63,523 bases of DNA from Nanobdellota archaeon (GCA_041305185.1 JBFYLW010000065.1:1-63523), one strand, 5' to 3'. Shown: positions 17,077 to 28,033, counted from the stretch's first letter. The notes: generated by a model from the sequence alone, not told the origin. Translations and numbers: made by a program.

Positions 17077-18302
17077 ACTGCAGATTCTGCGGAAACCCGC
17101 TTTCCTGCCAATTCATAAATCTCGGGCACACACCGGTTTCAAACGATTTCTTAACAGAAAAACAGTTGAACGAACCAGAAATCCAATACCCTTTAAACGT
17201 GTTAGTCTGCGAAAAATGCTTTCTCGTGCAAGTAGACGAGTTCAAAAAGGCAAACGACATATTTGACAACAATTACGCGTATTTTTCATCCTATTCAACA
17301 ACCTGGCTTGAACACTGCAAGAAATATGCAGAAATGATAAGTTCCAGACTAGAATTGAACAAAAACTCACTGGTTATTGAAGTTGCATCCAATGACGGCT
17401 ATTTATTACAGTATTTCAAAGAACAAGGAATACCTGTACTCGGCATAGAGCCGACATTAAACACTGCAAAAGTTGCCAGAGAAAAAGGAATAGAGACTAT
17501 CGAGGAGTTCTTTGGAGAACAACTGGCCAAACAGCTTGGCACCCAGAACCGAAAAGGAGATTTGGTAATAGGTAACAATGTATTGGCGCACGTTCCAAAC
17601 ATCAATGACTTTGTCAAAGGACTAAAACTAACTCTTGCAGAAAAAGGCGTTATCACCATAGAATTCCCCCACCTTATGCAATTAATAGAAAACAACCAAT
17701 TTGACACCATATATCACGAACATTTCTCTTATTTGTCATTCAGCACAGTCAAAAAAATATTCAATCATTACAAGCTAGAACTTTTTGACGTCGAGGAGAT
17801 TCCAACACACGGAGGCTCATTAAGAATATATGCGAAACATCAGGAAGACGACAGCAAGCCAGTCTCAAAGGCAGTCAAAGACCTTCTTGAACTCGAAAAA
17901 CAAAAAGGCATGAACAAAACTGAATATTACTCTGAATTCCAAAAAAAAGCAGACAAAATAAAACATGATTTCCTGAACTTTTTAATAGAACAGAAAAAGA
18001 AAGGAAAAAAGATTGCAGCATATGGCGCAGCAGCCAAAGGTAATACTTTTTTGAATTACTGTGGGATAAAAAAAGATCTAATAGATTTTGTAGTCGACAG
18101 ATCACCATTTAAACAAGGAAAATACTTGCCTGGAAGCCATATGCCTGTTGTGAAAGAGGAAGTTTTAAAACAGGAGAAACCGGACTATATAGTGATATTG
18201 CCTTGGAACTTAAAAGATGAAATTTCTACCCAGCTAGATTATGTGAATGCCTGGAATGGAAAATTCATAGTTGCAGTACCTGCACTGGAGAAATTAAATT
18301 GA
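17073..18302 (+). CDS. NDP-hexose C-methyltransferase (TylCIII-like; Zn-ribbon plus SAM methyltransferase plus C-terminal domain)
   Basis: N-terminal CRFCGN...C Zn-binding segment, a class I methyltransferase core (VIEVASNDG), and a long C-terminal domain typical of sugar C-methyltransferases. Confidence 0.7.
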   Translation: MNCRFCGNPLSCQFINLGHTPVSNDFLTEKQLNEPEIQYPLNVLVCEKCFLVQVDEFKKANDIFDNNYAYFSSYSTTWLEHCKKYAEMISSRLELNKNSLVIEVASNDGYLLQYFKEQGIPVLGIEPTLNTAKVAREKGIETIEEFFGEQLAKQLGTQNRKGDLVIGNNVLAHVPNINDFVKGLKLTLAEKGVITIEFPHLMQLIENNQFDTIYHEHFSYLSFSTVKKIFNHYKLELFDVEEIPTHGGSLRIYAKHQEDDSKPVSKAVKDLLELEKQKGMNKTEYYSEFQKKADKIKHDFLNFLIEQKKKGKKIAAYGAAAKGNTFLNYCGIKKDLIDFVVDRSPFKQGKYLPGSHMPVVKEEVLKQEKPDYIVILPWNLKDEISTQLDYVNAWNGKFIVAVPALEKLN

Positions 18303-18514
18303 AAATCCTAGTTAATTGTGTAACCAGTTTTATTTACCGTCAGGTGGTTGTTATGAATGAGAACTATCTCGAAGAGATTAAATCGAGTTTGAAAAGTAAA
18401 GATATAAAAATAATCGCCCTTGGATGAGTATCATGGAACCTATTTAACAATTTGATTATGCGGCTGAATTGGGCTGCAATTTTATTACAACAGTCCCGCT
18501 TTTAGAGGTCACTA

Positions 18515-19642
18515 ATGGATAAAATATACTACGCCAAACCTTCAGTTACTCAACTGGAAATAGATTATGTAACTGATGCCATCACCAACGGCTGGGGAGA
18601 CCACTGTGCCGATTACATAAAGAAATTTGAAAAAAAATTCAGAGATTATTTGGGCAGCAAATTCAGCATGGCGACATCCAGTTGCACAGGCGCCCTAACA
18701 ATAGCATTAGCCGTTTTAGGCATAGGTTCAGGAGATGAAGTAATTGTACCAGAACTCACCTGGATTGCCACAGCAGCTCCGATAGTTCATTTAGGTGCAG
18801 AACCGGTTTTTGTTGATGTATTGCAGGATACTTGGTGCATAGACCCTAAAAAAATTGAAGAAGCCATAACACCAAAAACCAAAGCTATTATTGTAGTACA
18901 CCTTTATGGAAATATTGCAGAAATGGATGAAATACAAGAGATTGCAAGAAAACACAACTTATACATCATTGAAGATGCAGCAGAAGGATTAGGCTCAGAA
19001 TACCATAATAAAAAAGCAGGTTCAATGGGACATTTCGGGGTTTTCTCTTTTCACGGAACCAAAACAATCGCAACAGGAGAAGGAGGAATGCTTGTCACAA
19101 ATGATGAGACGCTTTACAACAAGGCAAGAATTCTTGCTGACCATGGAAGAAATCCAAACGAAAAAAAAATGTTCTGGCCGGAAATAATTGGCTACAAGTT
19201 CAAAATGTCAAACCTGCAGGCAGCCATGGGTCTTGCCCAGATAGAAAGGATTGACAACCTGATAAAAAGAAAAAGAGAAGTCTTTAAACAATACAAATTA
19301 GATTTGGGCAGTGTAAACGGAATTTCGTTCAATCCTGAAAAATCAGGCACAAAAAACAGTTATTGGATGACGACCATATTATTTGATAAGCACCTGCAGG
19401 TAGATAGGAATGAATTGTTGGCGCAGTTCAAGAATCATAATATTGATATAAGGCCGTTTTTCTATCCATTATCGTCTCTTACATTCTTTAAGAAAAACGA
19501 AAAGAATATGGCTGCCTATGATATCGCACCCAGAGGCATAAATTTACCATGTTATAACGATATAACAAATGAACAAATTAAAAAAGTGTGCCTTATTCTT
19601 AGCGAGTTTATAGGAGGGAAACAATGGAATACGATGAAGTGA
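18515..19642 (+). CDS. DegT/DnrJ/EryC1/StrS-family PLP-dependent sugar aminotransferase
   Basis: Family-typical length and blocks, including ...FHGTKTIATGEGGML with the PLP lysine region. Confidence 0.8.
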   Translation: MDKIYYAKPSVTQLEIDYVTDAITNGWGDHCADYIKKFEKKFRDYLGSKFSMATSSCTGALTIALAVLGIGSGDEVIVPELTWIATAAPIVHLGAEPVFVDVLQDTWCIDPKKIEEAITPKTKAIIVVHLYGNIAEMDEIQEIARKHNLYIIEDAAEGLGSEYHNKKAGSMGHFGVFSFHGTKTIATGEGGMLVTNDETLYNKARILADHGRNPNEKKMFWPEIIGYKFKMSNLQAAMGLAQIERIDNLIKRKREVFKQYKLDLGSVNGISFNPEKSGTKNSYWMTTILFDKHLQVDRNELLAQFKNHNIDIRPFFYPLSSLTFFKKNEKNMAAYDIAPRGINLPCYNDITNEQIKKVCLILSEFIGGKQWNTMK

Positions 19643-20403
19643 AAGAATATTGGGATTCAAGGGCTGGAAAAGACAAAAGTCCTCAGTCTACAACAAATGA
19701 TTATTATCTTAGAGAATTAGAGATAAGAAATCTTAAAGCAGCCATATCCAAGTATAAAAAATCAAAAAAAACAGTAGCTGATTTTGGATGTGGAGATGGA
19801 TTTTCAACCGTCGAACTGGCAAAGACCTTCCCAGATATGTTATTCTTCGGATACGATTACTCGAAGAACATGATAGACATAGCCAATAAAATAAAAAATG
19901 AACAGAAGATAAAAAATGTTTCTTTCGAAGTAATAGATGTGGTTAAGGACCAAGTTCCATCCAAGTTCGATATTGTCTTTACGGACAGGTGCATTATCAA
20001 TCTTCTTACGTGGGATTTGCAGAAGTTATCAATAAAAAGAATATTTGATTCTCTTAATCCGGAAGGAGTATTCATAATGATTGAGAATTTTGCTGACGGT
20101 CAAGATGAGTTTAATAAATTAAGAAAGGAAGTAGGTCTAGATGAAATTCCAATAAGAGAACATAACTTTTATTTGGATAAAAAAATATTAATCCCCTACT
20201 TGAAAGAATTCGGAAAAGTTCTGGAAATACAAAACATCAGCAGTTTGTATTATGTGGTGAGCAGAATCATTTATTCCCAAATTTGCAAAATGAATAACAT
20301 CACTCCAGATTATTTTGATATACATCATAAGTTGGGAAGCTTGCTGCCTTCTGCGGGAAATTTTGGTCCTGTATCAATGATTGTTGTTGAGAGGGGAAAA
20401 TAA
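19624..20403 (+). CDS. Class I SAM-dependent methyltransferase
   Basis: Motif I VADFGCGDGFST. It overlaps both neighbouring genes, so it is operonic. Confidence 0.7.
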   Translation: MEYDEVKEYWDSRAGKDKSPQSTTNDYYLRELEIRNLKAAISKYKKSKKTVADFGCGDGFSTVELAKTFPDMLFFGYDYSKNMIDIANKIKNEQKIKNVSFEVIDVVKDQVPSKFDIVFTDRCIINLLTWDLQKLSIKRIFDSLNPEGVFIMIENFADGQDEFNKLRKEVGLDEIPIREHNFYLDKKILIPYLKEFGKVLEIQNISSLYYVVSRIIYSQICKMNNITPDYFDIHHKLGSLLPSAGNFGPVSMIVVERGK

Positions 20404-21134
20404 TGAGTGACATCGAGGAATTTGAAAATAGTAGGAAACAGAACATAGCCCGATTAGGAGAATCAAAAACAATCCGAGAACTGGCAAATTTATTCATTAG
20501 AGAGAGTGCCAAGCTGAATTATTCATACAATTTCAACTGGCTTGGAGTGCCCATTATCCAATATCCGCAGGATATAGTAGCAATGCAGGAACTTGTTTGG
20601 AAAATAAAACCTGATTTAATTATTGAAACGGGAATTGCAAGAGGAGGCTCATTGATTTTTTATGCCTCTTTGCTTGAGTTAATCGGCAAAGGCGAAGTAG
20701 TAGGCATAGATATTGACATAAGAGCGCATAACAGAAAAGTGATTGAAGACCACCCATTATTCAAAAGGATAAAAATGATAGAAGGGTCGTCGGTTGCACA
20801 AGAGATAATCGAAAAAGTAAAAGAAATAACCAAGGACAAAAAGAAAGTGCTGGTTTGCCTCGATTCAAGCCATACATATGAACACGTGGCAAAAGAAATT
20901 GAATTGTATTCTCCATTTGTGACAAAAGACAGCTATTTGGTGGTATTTGATACGATTATAGAGGATTTACCAGATGAACTGTTTAAAGATAGACCGTGGA
21001 AAAAAGGCAACAATCCGAGAACAGCCGTTGATGAATTCCTGAAAAAAACCGACAGGTTTGTGGTAGACAAAGAAATAGAGAATAAAATATTAATTTCTGT
21101 AGCACCTGACGGATATTTGAAAAGAGTACGGTAA
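20403..21134 (+). CDS. CmcI/cephalosporin-hydroxylase-family (sugar O-)methyltransferase
   Basis: NWLGVPIIQYPQDIVAMQELVWKIKPDLIIETGIARGGSLIFYA is typical of the PF04989 family. Confidence 0.7.
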   Translation: MSDIEEFENSRKQNIARLGESKTIRELANLFIRESAKLNYSYNFNWLGVPIIQYPQDIVAMQELVWKIKPDLIIETGIARGGSLIFYASLLELIGKGEVVGIDIDIRAHNRKVIEDHPLFKRIKMIEGSSVAQEIIEKVKEITKDKKKVLVCLDSSHTYEHVAKEIELYSPFVTKDSYLVVFDTIIEDLPDELFKDRPWKKGNNPRTAVDEFLKKTDRFVVDKEIENKILISVAPDGYLKRVR

Positions 21135-21138
21135 ACTT

Positions 21139-22158
21139 ATGCTTCAGAACGCGACTATATTAATTCCAACGCATAACAGGAGCAAATATTTAAGGCGCAT
21201 TATGGATTATTATTCCAATTTTAAAGTAAATATTCTTGTTTGTGATTCTTCCAGTGAGCCATATGCGCAAAAAATGGACAAGAATGTCAAGTATGAACAT
21301 TATAAGAATTATTCTTATTTTAAAAAAATGCATAACTGTATCAAGAAAATAAAAACGCCATATACCATACTGTGCGCAGATGATGATTTTGTCATTCCAG
21401 AATCGGTCAAAAAGTGCGTCGAATTCATGAAAAAAAATTCTGAATACGTATCTGTTGAAGGAGAATGCGAACCCTTTTTGAACTTCAATAAAAAAATAAT
21501 ATATCAATTCACAAAAAATCATCCGATTGACATGTCAGATGAAAAACCATCAGAGAGACTTAAAAAACTTTCATATGGGTGCAAAATATATAATAATATC
21601 TATTACTGTTTACATAGGACTGAAAATTTAAAATTTATTTTTGACTTTGCAAATAAGAAGCTGAAAGAATTAAATTTATTAGAAACATTTTTCGTATATG
21701 CCACATTTATTAACGGAAAACATAAATTACTGCCAGTTTTGTTAAATGTCAGAGAATTTATTCCTGATTCTGGAGGGCTGAAACTTCCTCCCATTCATGA
21801 ATTAATGTCAGACTCCAAATTCAGACTGAAATATGAGAGATTATTGGATTTTTGTGCAGAATTTTTATCAAAAAAGGAAGATATTGATGTTAAAACAGCA
21901 AGAGAGTTAATAGAAAACAAGATAATGCAGGCGGTATCAAACAGCAAGAAGGCATCCAGTTCTTTTCCTACAAAGATTATGAAAAACCTCACTCTGCGAA
22001 ATCCTCCACTTGCAGGATTTTTAAGAAAAATGCATTTCATTTTTTTAAATTGGAAAAACGTCCTTTTTAATAATTATTTCACACTCAGAGAGTATGACGA
22101 TAAAGAAATAGAGGAAATCAAAAGAATAGAACATTTCATTAAAAAATATAATATTTAG
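21139..22158 (+). CDS. Putative GT2-like glycosyltransferase
   Basis: N-terminal TILIPTHNRSKYL and a later CADDDF acidic motif. The rest is uncharacterised. Confidence 0.5.
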   Translation: MLQNATILIPTHNRSKYLRRIMDYYSNFKVNILVCDSSSEPYAQKMDKNVKYEHYKNYSYFKKMHNCIKKIKTPYTILCADDDFVIPESVKKCVEFMKKNSEYVSVEGECEPFLNFNKKIIYQFTKNHPIDMSDEKPSERLKKLSYGCKIYNNIYYCLHRTENLKFIFDFANKKLKELNLLETFFVYATFINGKHKLLPVLLNVREFIPDSGGLKLPPIHELMSDSKFRLKYERLLDFCAEFLSKKEDIDVKTARELIENKIMQAVSNSKKASSSFPTKIMKNLTLRNPPLAGFLRKMHFIFLNWKNVLFNNYFTLREYDDKEIEEIKRIEHFIKKYNI

Positions 22159-22201
22159 ATGCTTTTTCATGATTTATTAGACTTATGACTATTCAAAAGT
22201 A

Positions 22202-23335
22202 TTATTCAAAGATTTTCAGCAGTGTTTTTTCCCAAATGTCTTCTGCAAACCGATTTTTAAATATTTTTTTAGAATGGTTTCTCCAAACTTTAAAGTCCTG
22301 GCTTGCTTTAAAAATTGCAATCTTTAAGGAGTTGAATAATGAATTACAAAAGTCTTTTTTGAGAAATTTCTTATAAAATTGCGGAATGGTCCATTTAGTA
22401 ACGTCAACAAAAGAGGTTTCACCATAATGCACAGGTTTCAGGAAAGGATGAGGAATGAGCATTCCATTTTGCTTGTTGATTACTAATTCCGGCAGCGCAT
22501 AAGTATTTGTTGTAATAATCCCCAATCCGAAAGACAATGATTCCAGAGCAACCATGCCAAAAGATTCGTGAAGGGTAGGAAAAATCAAAACATCCGCCAG
22601 CGGGTAAACTTTATTAAATAGTTTATCTCTTTTCATTACCCCCAAAAATTTAATCCTTTTATCTGAAGCATATTGTGCTTGTATGTTTTTATCAACTTCT
22701 CCCACTATTAACAATTCGCAATCCTTATCGTTCAGTTCATGAAATGCGCGCAAAGTTTCTCTTCCGCCTTTTCTAATGAAATCAAGTCCGACAAACAGAA
22801 AATTCAATTTATTGTGTTTCTTGAGACGACCAGTATTATCCGGCATATATGGGTAAAGAACACAGGCTTTATCCTTTATATCAGATCCGAGTTCGCTAAT
22901 CAAACTTAAACGGCATGCCTCGGACATGCATACTATTTTATGACATTTAGTTGATAACAAAATACTTTTTATGATTGGCTTTAACAGTTTGAATGCCCAA
23001 TAATTATAGTACGTAAGTGTATAAGGATTGTCAAGTTCAATTACGTATGGTTTTTTGCTGTTAAATGGAATGGCAAACCAAGTATAAACAAAATCGGCAT
23101 TCTTATGGATGTCGGGCAGTTTTGTAAATTTTATTAAAGGCAAGAACGAAAGGAGGTATTTTGTTAGAAATTCTTTAAATCGCAGGGATTGATTATTTGG
23201 GCTTTTTTTAGCTGCTGTTTCATTCAAATTTGATATCACATTAAAAATGTTATTGGCATGTCTAGGCGTATCTTTTTGTCTTTCTCTATGTTCTAATTTT
23301 TGATGAAAATACACTGTGCGCTTCAATCGTTTCAT
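22202..23335 (-). CDS. GT4 (group 1) glycosyltransferase
   Basis: C-terminal GT-B E-x7-E region ...FPTLHESFGMVALESLSFGLGIITTN. The start at MKRLKRT follows the upstream stop directly. Confidence 0.7.
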   Translation of the reverse strand: MKRLKRTVYFHQKLEHRERQKDTPRHANNIFNVISNLNETAAKKSPNNQSLRFKEFLTKYLLSFLPLIKFTKLPDIHKNADFVYTWFAIPFNSKKPYVIELDNPYTLTYYNYWAFKLLKPIIKSILLSTKCHKIVCMSEACRLSLISELGSDIKDKACVLYPYMPDNTGRLKKHNKLNFLFVGLDFIRKGGRETLRAFHELNDKDCELLIVGEVDKNIQAQYASDKRIKFLGVMKRDKLFNKVYPLADVLIFPTLHESFGMVALESLSFGLGIITTNTYALPELVINKQNGMLIPHPFLKPVHYGETSFVDVTKWTIPQFYKKFLKKDFCNSLFNSLKIAIFKASQDFKVWRNHSKKIFKNRFAEDIWEKTLLKIFE

Positions 23336-23337
23336 TT

Positions 23338-24015
23338 TCAACTGCCGGTTTTTTGACCTATATATAAAATTTCGTCTCCATTTACGGAAGAAAGCCAATT
23401 CTGAATTTTTTTGTTAAATAAATATCCGAGAGTGAAGAAATTGTAGGAAAATTTACGTGATGCAATAGTTTTAAATCCATGGGATCTGAATGCGCTATCT
23501 AAAGACTGTATAGTGTAAGGCTTTACATGGGTGAAATCATTCCAAAATAAAAACTCATTTACGAGAATGTTAGGGCAACGAATAACAACAAATCCTCCTG
23601 GTTTTATCATTTGATAAAGTTCATTTATGGCTGAATTATAATCAAGAATATGCTCTATCACATGGTTAAGAATGACTAAATCAAATTGACTTCTAAGTTT
23701 TAATTCATTTGCGCCCAATCTGGCATGAATAAAATTCATGCCTGCTTTCCTAAGCGAGCGTTCATACATGTTATCAGAATCTATCATTGTTTTTTTCATA
23801 ATATTTTTGCTATTGCAGGAAATTGCCCACCCATCTGCGCCTCCTATTTCACAAACTGAAATATTCTTATTTTTCAGCTTTAATAATTCAATAAAATATT
23901 CAAGATAAAGCTGATAATGAGATTTAACATTATGTTTATTGCAGATTAAACGAATAATCATAGTTCTAATGAAAGAAGAATTTCCTCGTTGCGGATTATG
24001 TTTTAAGTATTCCAT
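23338..24015 (-). CDS. Class I SAM-dependent methyltransferase
   Basis: VCEIGGADG motif I and DLVILNHVIEHI post-motif. Confidence 0.65.
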   Translation of the reverse strand: MEYLKHNPQRGNSSFIRTMIIRLICNKHNVKSHYQLYLEYFIELLKLKNKNISVCEIGGADGWAISCNSKNIMKKTMIDSDNMYERSLRKAGMNFIHARLGANELKLRSQFDLVILNHVIEHILDYNSAINELYQMIKPGGFVVIRCPNILVNEFLFWNDFTHVKPYTIQSLDSAFRSHGFKTIASRKFSYNFFTLGYLFNKKIQNWLSSVNGDEILYIGQKTGS

Positions 24016-24027
24016 ATTTTACAAATG

Positions 24028-24753
24028 TTATTTGCTGTTAAGTTGCGGGAATCCATCTTTTGGACAAATAAAAACAGATGTTTCCCAAATTCCATTGGAA
24101 AAAGTTTTTGATTCGACATTCTTAAGTGAGAAATGTAGCGGTTTAAACTCCGCTAAATCAGCATTATCCAAAATGAGAATCCCGCCTGGTTTTATTTTTG
24201 AGAGTGCATGATGCAAACAGAGAACTCGCACGTGACCATCAACAATGATGATATCTAATGTCTTATCGCCAAAACTATCTATGTGCGACGCATATCTTTC
24301 AATCTCTTTCTTATCAAATTCGTATTCGGAAGTTATCTCAGCAAGATGCAAATCTGCCTTCTTTTCAAGATTCTGCTCTTTGAGCATTTTTTTTACATTT
24401 TCAAACCACGATTTACGGCCCTCGACACTTGTCAGGTGACTGATTTTCTTCGCAAACCAAATAGTCGAGCGACCGCAACCCCATTCAAAACCAATGAAAT
24501 CCGGCTTCAACAGCGATTCAATATATGGAATGCTTTCCTGAGCAAACCAAGGCACATCAGGGTGCTCACGTTGAAATCTTGCCTCGCGTCTGCGTGCAGG
24601 ACTGACCAACACTTGAACAGATGATAACCAATGGTCAATTATGCCGGCAAATTTGGAGCGATACAGAATATCAGGACCAAATATCGTGCGTATAACTGTG
24701 TGTGCAACATCACGAGTAAGTTTTTTAATTCTCCATAAGAATTTATTTATCAT
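24028..24753 (-). CDS. Putative class I methyltransferase-fold protein
   Basis: GFEWGCGRSTIWFA and DIIIVDG...LSKIKPGGILILDN resemble Methyltransf_24-type proteins. Confidence 0.5.
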   Translation of the reverse strand: MINKFLWRIKKLTRDVAHTVIRTIFGPDILYRSKFAGIIDHWLSSVQVLVSPARRREARFQREHPDVPWFAQESIPYIESLLKPDFIGFEWGCGRSTIWFAKKISHLTSVEGRKSWFENVKKMLKEQNLEKKADLHLAEITSEYEFDKKEIERYASHIDSFGDKTLDIIIVDGHVRVLCLHHALSKIKPGGILILDNADLAEFKPLHFSLKNVESKTFSNGIWETSVFICPKDGFPQLNSK

Positions 24754-25061
24754 AATCTTGCCTCAATGTTGCAGGATAACTGTTTTTTTTCGAACATAGA
24801 TGACGGGCGTAAACCCGATTTTAAAAATCTATCTCTTATTTTTCAGCTGCTTTCACATAGGTAGTTCAATTAACAATACCTTTTCAACAAGCTCTTCCAG
24901 TTAGTTCTCAATAAATCATTTTATTTAATGTTATGACCTAAACCTATTTTTTATCTTAGGAAATATAGATTCCTCTGCCATCAGGGCCACGGTAAGCCTA
25001 TGTTTTATTCATGATTTCAATATCCGTTCTATCGACGTGTCCTGAAAAACAACAAATACCG

Positions 25062-25928
25062 CTAATGCCGCGCATATAGTTTTCCATCGATTTTTTTTGC
25101 AAGTATGATAATCACAGGATAAAATTTTGCTAATCTTATCATCGATAGCAATAAATACTGAATACCTGCAGTTCTGAAGATATTAATTACTTTCTGCAGA
25201 ATGGGGTGTGTTGGAGCGACTGTAGACTTTCCTTCTAAGACATCTTTAACGAGCTCTTCAGATATATTCCTGCATCTTAGACCGCGCTTATGCAGTTCAC
25301 GGGTAATCCGAAAAGGAGTTATATACTTTAAGTGTTTTAGGAATGAAGGATTTTTCCCAGCCAGTCTTAGATATATACTAAAAAGCCATTTTGGCATCAT
25401 AGGCATCATATATACATTGTAGTGACCTTCTTTTATCCATAAATAATTAGGACATTCGATATAAATTGTGCCCTCTTTTTTAAGAACCCTTGACATCTCC
25501 TGGATAGTCTTATTAACATCGGCAACGTGCTCAAGAACAGTTTTGCAAACAATCAAATCAAAAAATCCATCCTTAAATGGAAGCTTTTCAGCAGGAGCAT
25601 TAAAGAATTCAACATTTTCTCGTTTTAAAAAATCCTTTTTCAAGTCACAAATCTTGATAAAGTCCTTATTAACATCAATTCCATAAACCTGTTTTCCGTA
25701 TTTTGATAAAGAAAAAACCAAATCACCAAAACCGCAGCCGATATCCAGAACCTTCCCGACTTCATTTAAATTACATTTTTTCAGAATATTTTTGGCTATT
25801 TCATCATGGACTTCTTTGGCTTTGGCAAAAATATATTTTTCAGAATAATTAGAATAAATTCCAGTTTTTTCACTTATCATTATTCTATTAATACGATCTT
25901 CAATTTTTCCTATATTTTCAGTTTTCAT
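25062..25928 (-). CDS. Class I SAM-dependent methyltransferase
   Basis: VLDIGCGFGDLVF motif I, then DLIVCKTVLEHV. Confidence 0.7.
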   Translation of the reverse strand: MKTENIGKIEDRINRIMISEKTGIYSNYSEKYIFAKAKEVHDEIAKNILKKCNLNEVGKVLDIGCGFGDLVFSLSKYGKQVYGIDVNKDFIKICDLKKDFLKRENVEFFNAPAEKLPFKDGFFDLIVCKTVLEHVADVNKTIQEMSRVLKKEGTIYIECPNYLWIKEGHYNVYMMPMMPKWLFSIYLRLAGKNPSFLKHLKYITPFRITRELHKRGLRCRNISEELVKDVLEGKSTVAPTHPILQKVINIFRTAGIQYLLLSMIRLAKFYPVIIILAKKIDGKLYARH

Positions 25929-26134
25929 TTTTTTCCCCTAAGATGAATGTGATTGATGGACTAATTTTTTCAAAATTTCGCAAAATAAGATAAAAATACT
26001 TAACATATCGTGAATGAAACTATTTTCATAGTTTCCTAATGGTCCAGTGTGTAACACAGATTTTCCTTTGTATAACTGGTAGAGAATGTTTTTTGTCATT
26101 TTAAACAATTTTTTTGAAGTCTTTATATTTCTTA

Positions 26135-28024
26135 TCATTTCATATACCTCTCGAACCATTCATCAAAACAAATGAGCGCCATAATAGTCTCTCCATGACT
26201 GGCAGTACCATCTATATGTTCTTGAACAATCTTCTTAACGTAATCCATATTAAACAAACCGCACTTTTCAAGGTTTCCGCGAAACAAGCGCTTATTAACT
26301 TCGTTTTTCAACTCATTCCTGAAAAGCTTGTAAATTTTAATGTTATACCCAAAACCCATCTTGGACGCATACACGATATCTTTCGGCAAAAATGATTCAG
26401 CCACTTTTTTCATTATATACTTATTCTGCGTTCTAGAAAAATAAGAGCGAATCTTGAACTTATTCGGCACTCTGCCACCAAATTCTATTAGTTCGTGATC
26501 CAAAAAAGGAGAACGAATCTCAAGCGAATGAGCCATACCAGTAATGTCTGAAGTATAAGTCATCGAATGGGCGTTGGCGAGAGACAAATCACAATAAAAA
26601 TGCTTCTTGAAGGTATCATTCGTTACAGTCAAATTAAAAGTATCATCAATAACCTTTCCTGCATCAAATTCTGTAATCCCCTGCTTGAAGTTATCAGAAT
26701 ACAATCTCTCAGAAAGCTTTTTCTGCTCAATACGATACAGTTCACCCTTAGTTTTCTCGTCAGGAATAGACATAAAACGAATAAATTTGGAAATCGTTGA
26801 TTTAGGTTCCGTTACATCAAAAAATTTAAACAATTTTGTTCCAAATATCTTTTTAAGTTTCATCAATTTAGTTAATAACAACAAGATATTGTGATGAGAA
26901 TAACCACAAAAATACTCGTCTGCACCAGTACCATTCATAACCACCTTAATGCCTGCGTTCTTTATCTTCTCGCTCAACTGCATAGCATACAAGGCAGAAG
27001 GCACATTAAACGGCTCGCCTGCTTTATCAATCAAATCACCCAAATATGAAAAACCAGTTCCCTCAAAAGTAAATTCATGATGCTTTGTGCCAAATTTTTG
27101 AGATACAATACGCGCTCTTTGCAATTCAGGATCATCTTTATCATATCCAATAGCAAAAGTATGAATGTTCTTGTTGCTCATCAAAGCAAGAACAGTGGAA
27201 GAATCAAGACCGCCAGACAATAAAATGCCGACAGGAACATCACTACGCTCACGAATCTTAACAGATTCCTGAGTTAGTGTAAGATATTTGTTCTTAAGCT
27301 CATCAAAAGATTCAGTAAGTTCTTCAGAAAAATCAGGCTTCCAGTAACGATTCAACGAAGATTTTCCAGTTTTTAGGTCGATAAGCATAAAAGAAGCAGG
27401 TTCAAGCTTTTTGACATTCTTAAAAATAGTATAGGGTGCAGGAACGTGAAAGTAAACGTGAGTGAAAAAATGATTCAGACCATCCAAATCAATCTCGTGC
27501 TTTAAACCATTCACTTCAACAACAGGACGTATTTCAGAACTAAAAAAGAAACTTTTTGTTTTATTATTAAAACAATAAATCAAAGGCTTTTTTCCAATAC
27601 GGTCACGAGCCAAAAAAGCCTTATGTTTCTCCAAATCAACAATGCAGAACGCAAACATGCCTCTAAGCTTGTCAAGACATTTTTCGCCGTATTTTTTGTA
27701 AAGATGAATAATAACTTCAGTATCAGTATCTGAAGAAAATTTAATACCGTCTTTCAATAATTCATCTTTCAATTCGATGTAATTATAAATTTCGCCATTA
27801 AAAGTAATCCAAACATTCTTTCCAGCATCGCTCATCGGCTGAGCGCCCCTATTAGATAAATCAATTATGCTCAGACGACGATGACCTAAAGCAATCTTCT
27901 TGTTAGGACTAAGCCAAATGCCCTCGCCATCAGGTCCCCGATGCTTCAGGCAGTCATTCATCTTTTGAATATTTTTTTTGTCTACCTGTTCTCCAAAACT
28001 AATAATTCCATTAATCCCGCACAT
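26135..28024 (-). CDS. asnB: Asparagine synthase (glutamine-hydrolysing) family amidotransferase
   Basis: MCGINGI Ntn nucleophile Cys at position 2, so the start is 28024 rather than 28030. The SGGLDSS PP-loop is present. Confidence 0.85.
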   Translation of the reverse strand: MCGINGIISFGEQVDKKNIQKMNDCLKHRGPDGEGIWLSPNKKIALGHRRLSIIDLSNRGAQPMSDAGKNVWITFNGEIYNYIELKDELLKDGIKFSSDTDTEVIIHLYKKYGEKCLDKLRGMFAFCIVDLEKHKAFLARDRIGKKPLIYCFNNKTKSFFFSSEIRPVVEVNGLKHEIDLDGLNHFFTHVYFHVPAPYTIFKNVKKLEPASFMLIDLKTGKSSLNRYWKPDFSEELTESFDELKNKYLTLTQESVKIRERSDVPVGILLSGGLDSSTVLALMSNKNIHTFAIGYDKDDPELQRARIVSQKFGTKHHEFTFEGTGFSYLGDLIDKAGEPFNVPSALYAMQLSEKIKNAGIKVVMNGTGADEYFCGYSHHNILLLLTKLMKLKKIFGTKLFKFFDVTEPKSTISKFIRFMSIPDEKTKGELYRIEQKKLSERLYSDNFKQGITEFDAGKVIDDTFNLTVTNDTFKKHFYCDLSLANAHSMTYTSDITGMAHSLEIRSPFLDHELIEFGGRVPNKFKIRSYFSRTQNKYIMKKVAESFLPKDIVYASKMGFGYNIKIYKLFRNELKNEVNKRLFRGNLEKCGLFNMDYVKKIVQEHIDGTASHGETIMALICFDEWFERYMK

Positions 28025-28033
28025 AGACACCTT

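Noticed and set aside
25938-26159. 73-aa ORF between asnB and the downstream methyltransferase.
   Set aside because: It overlaps the asnB 3' end by 25 nt and has no motifs. It could be a real small gene, but the support is too weak to annotate.
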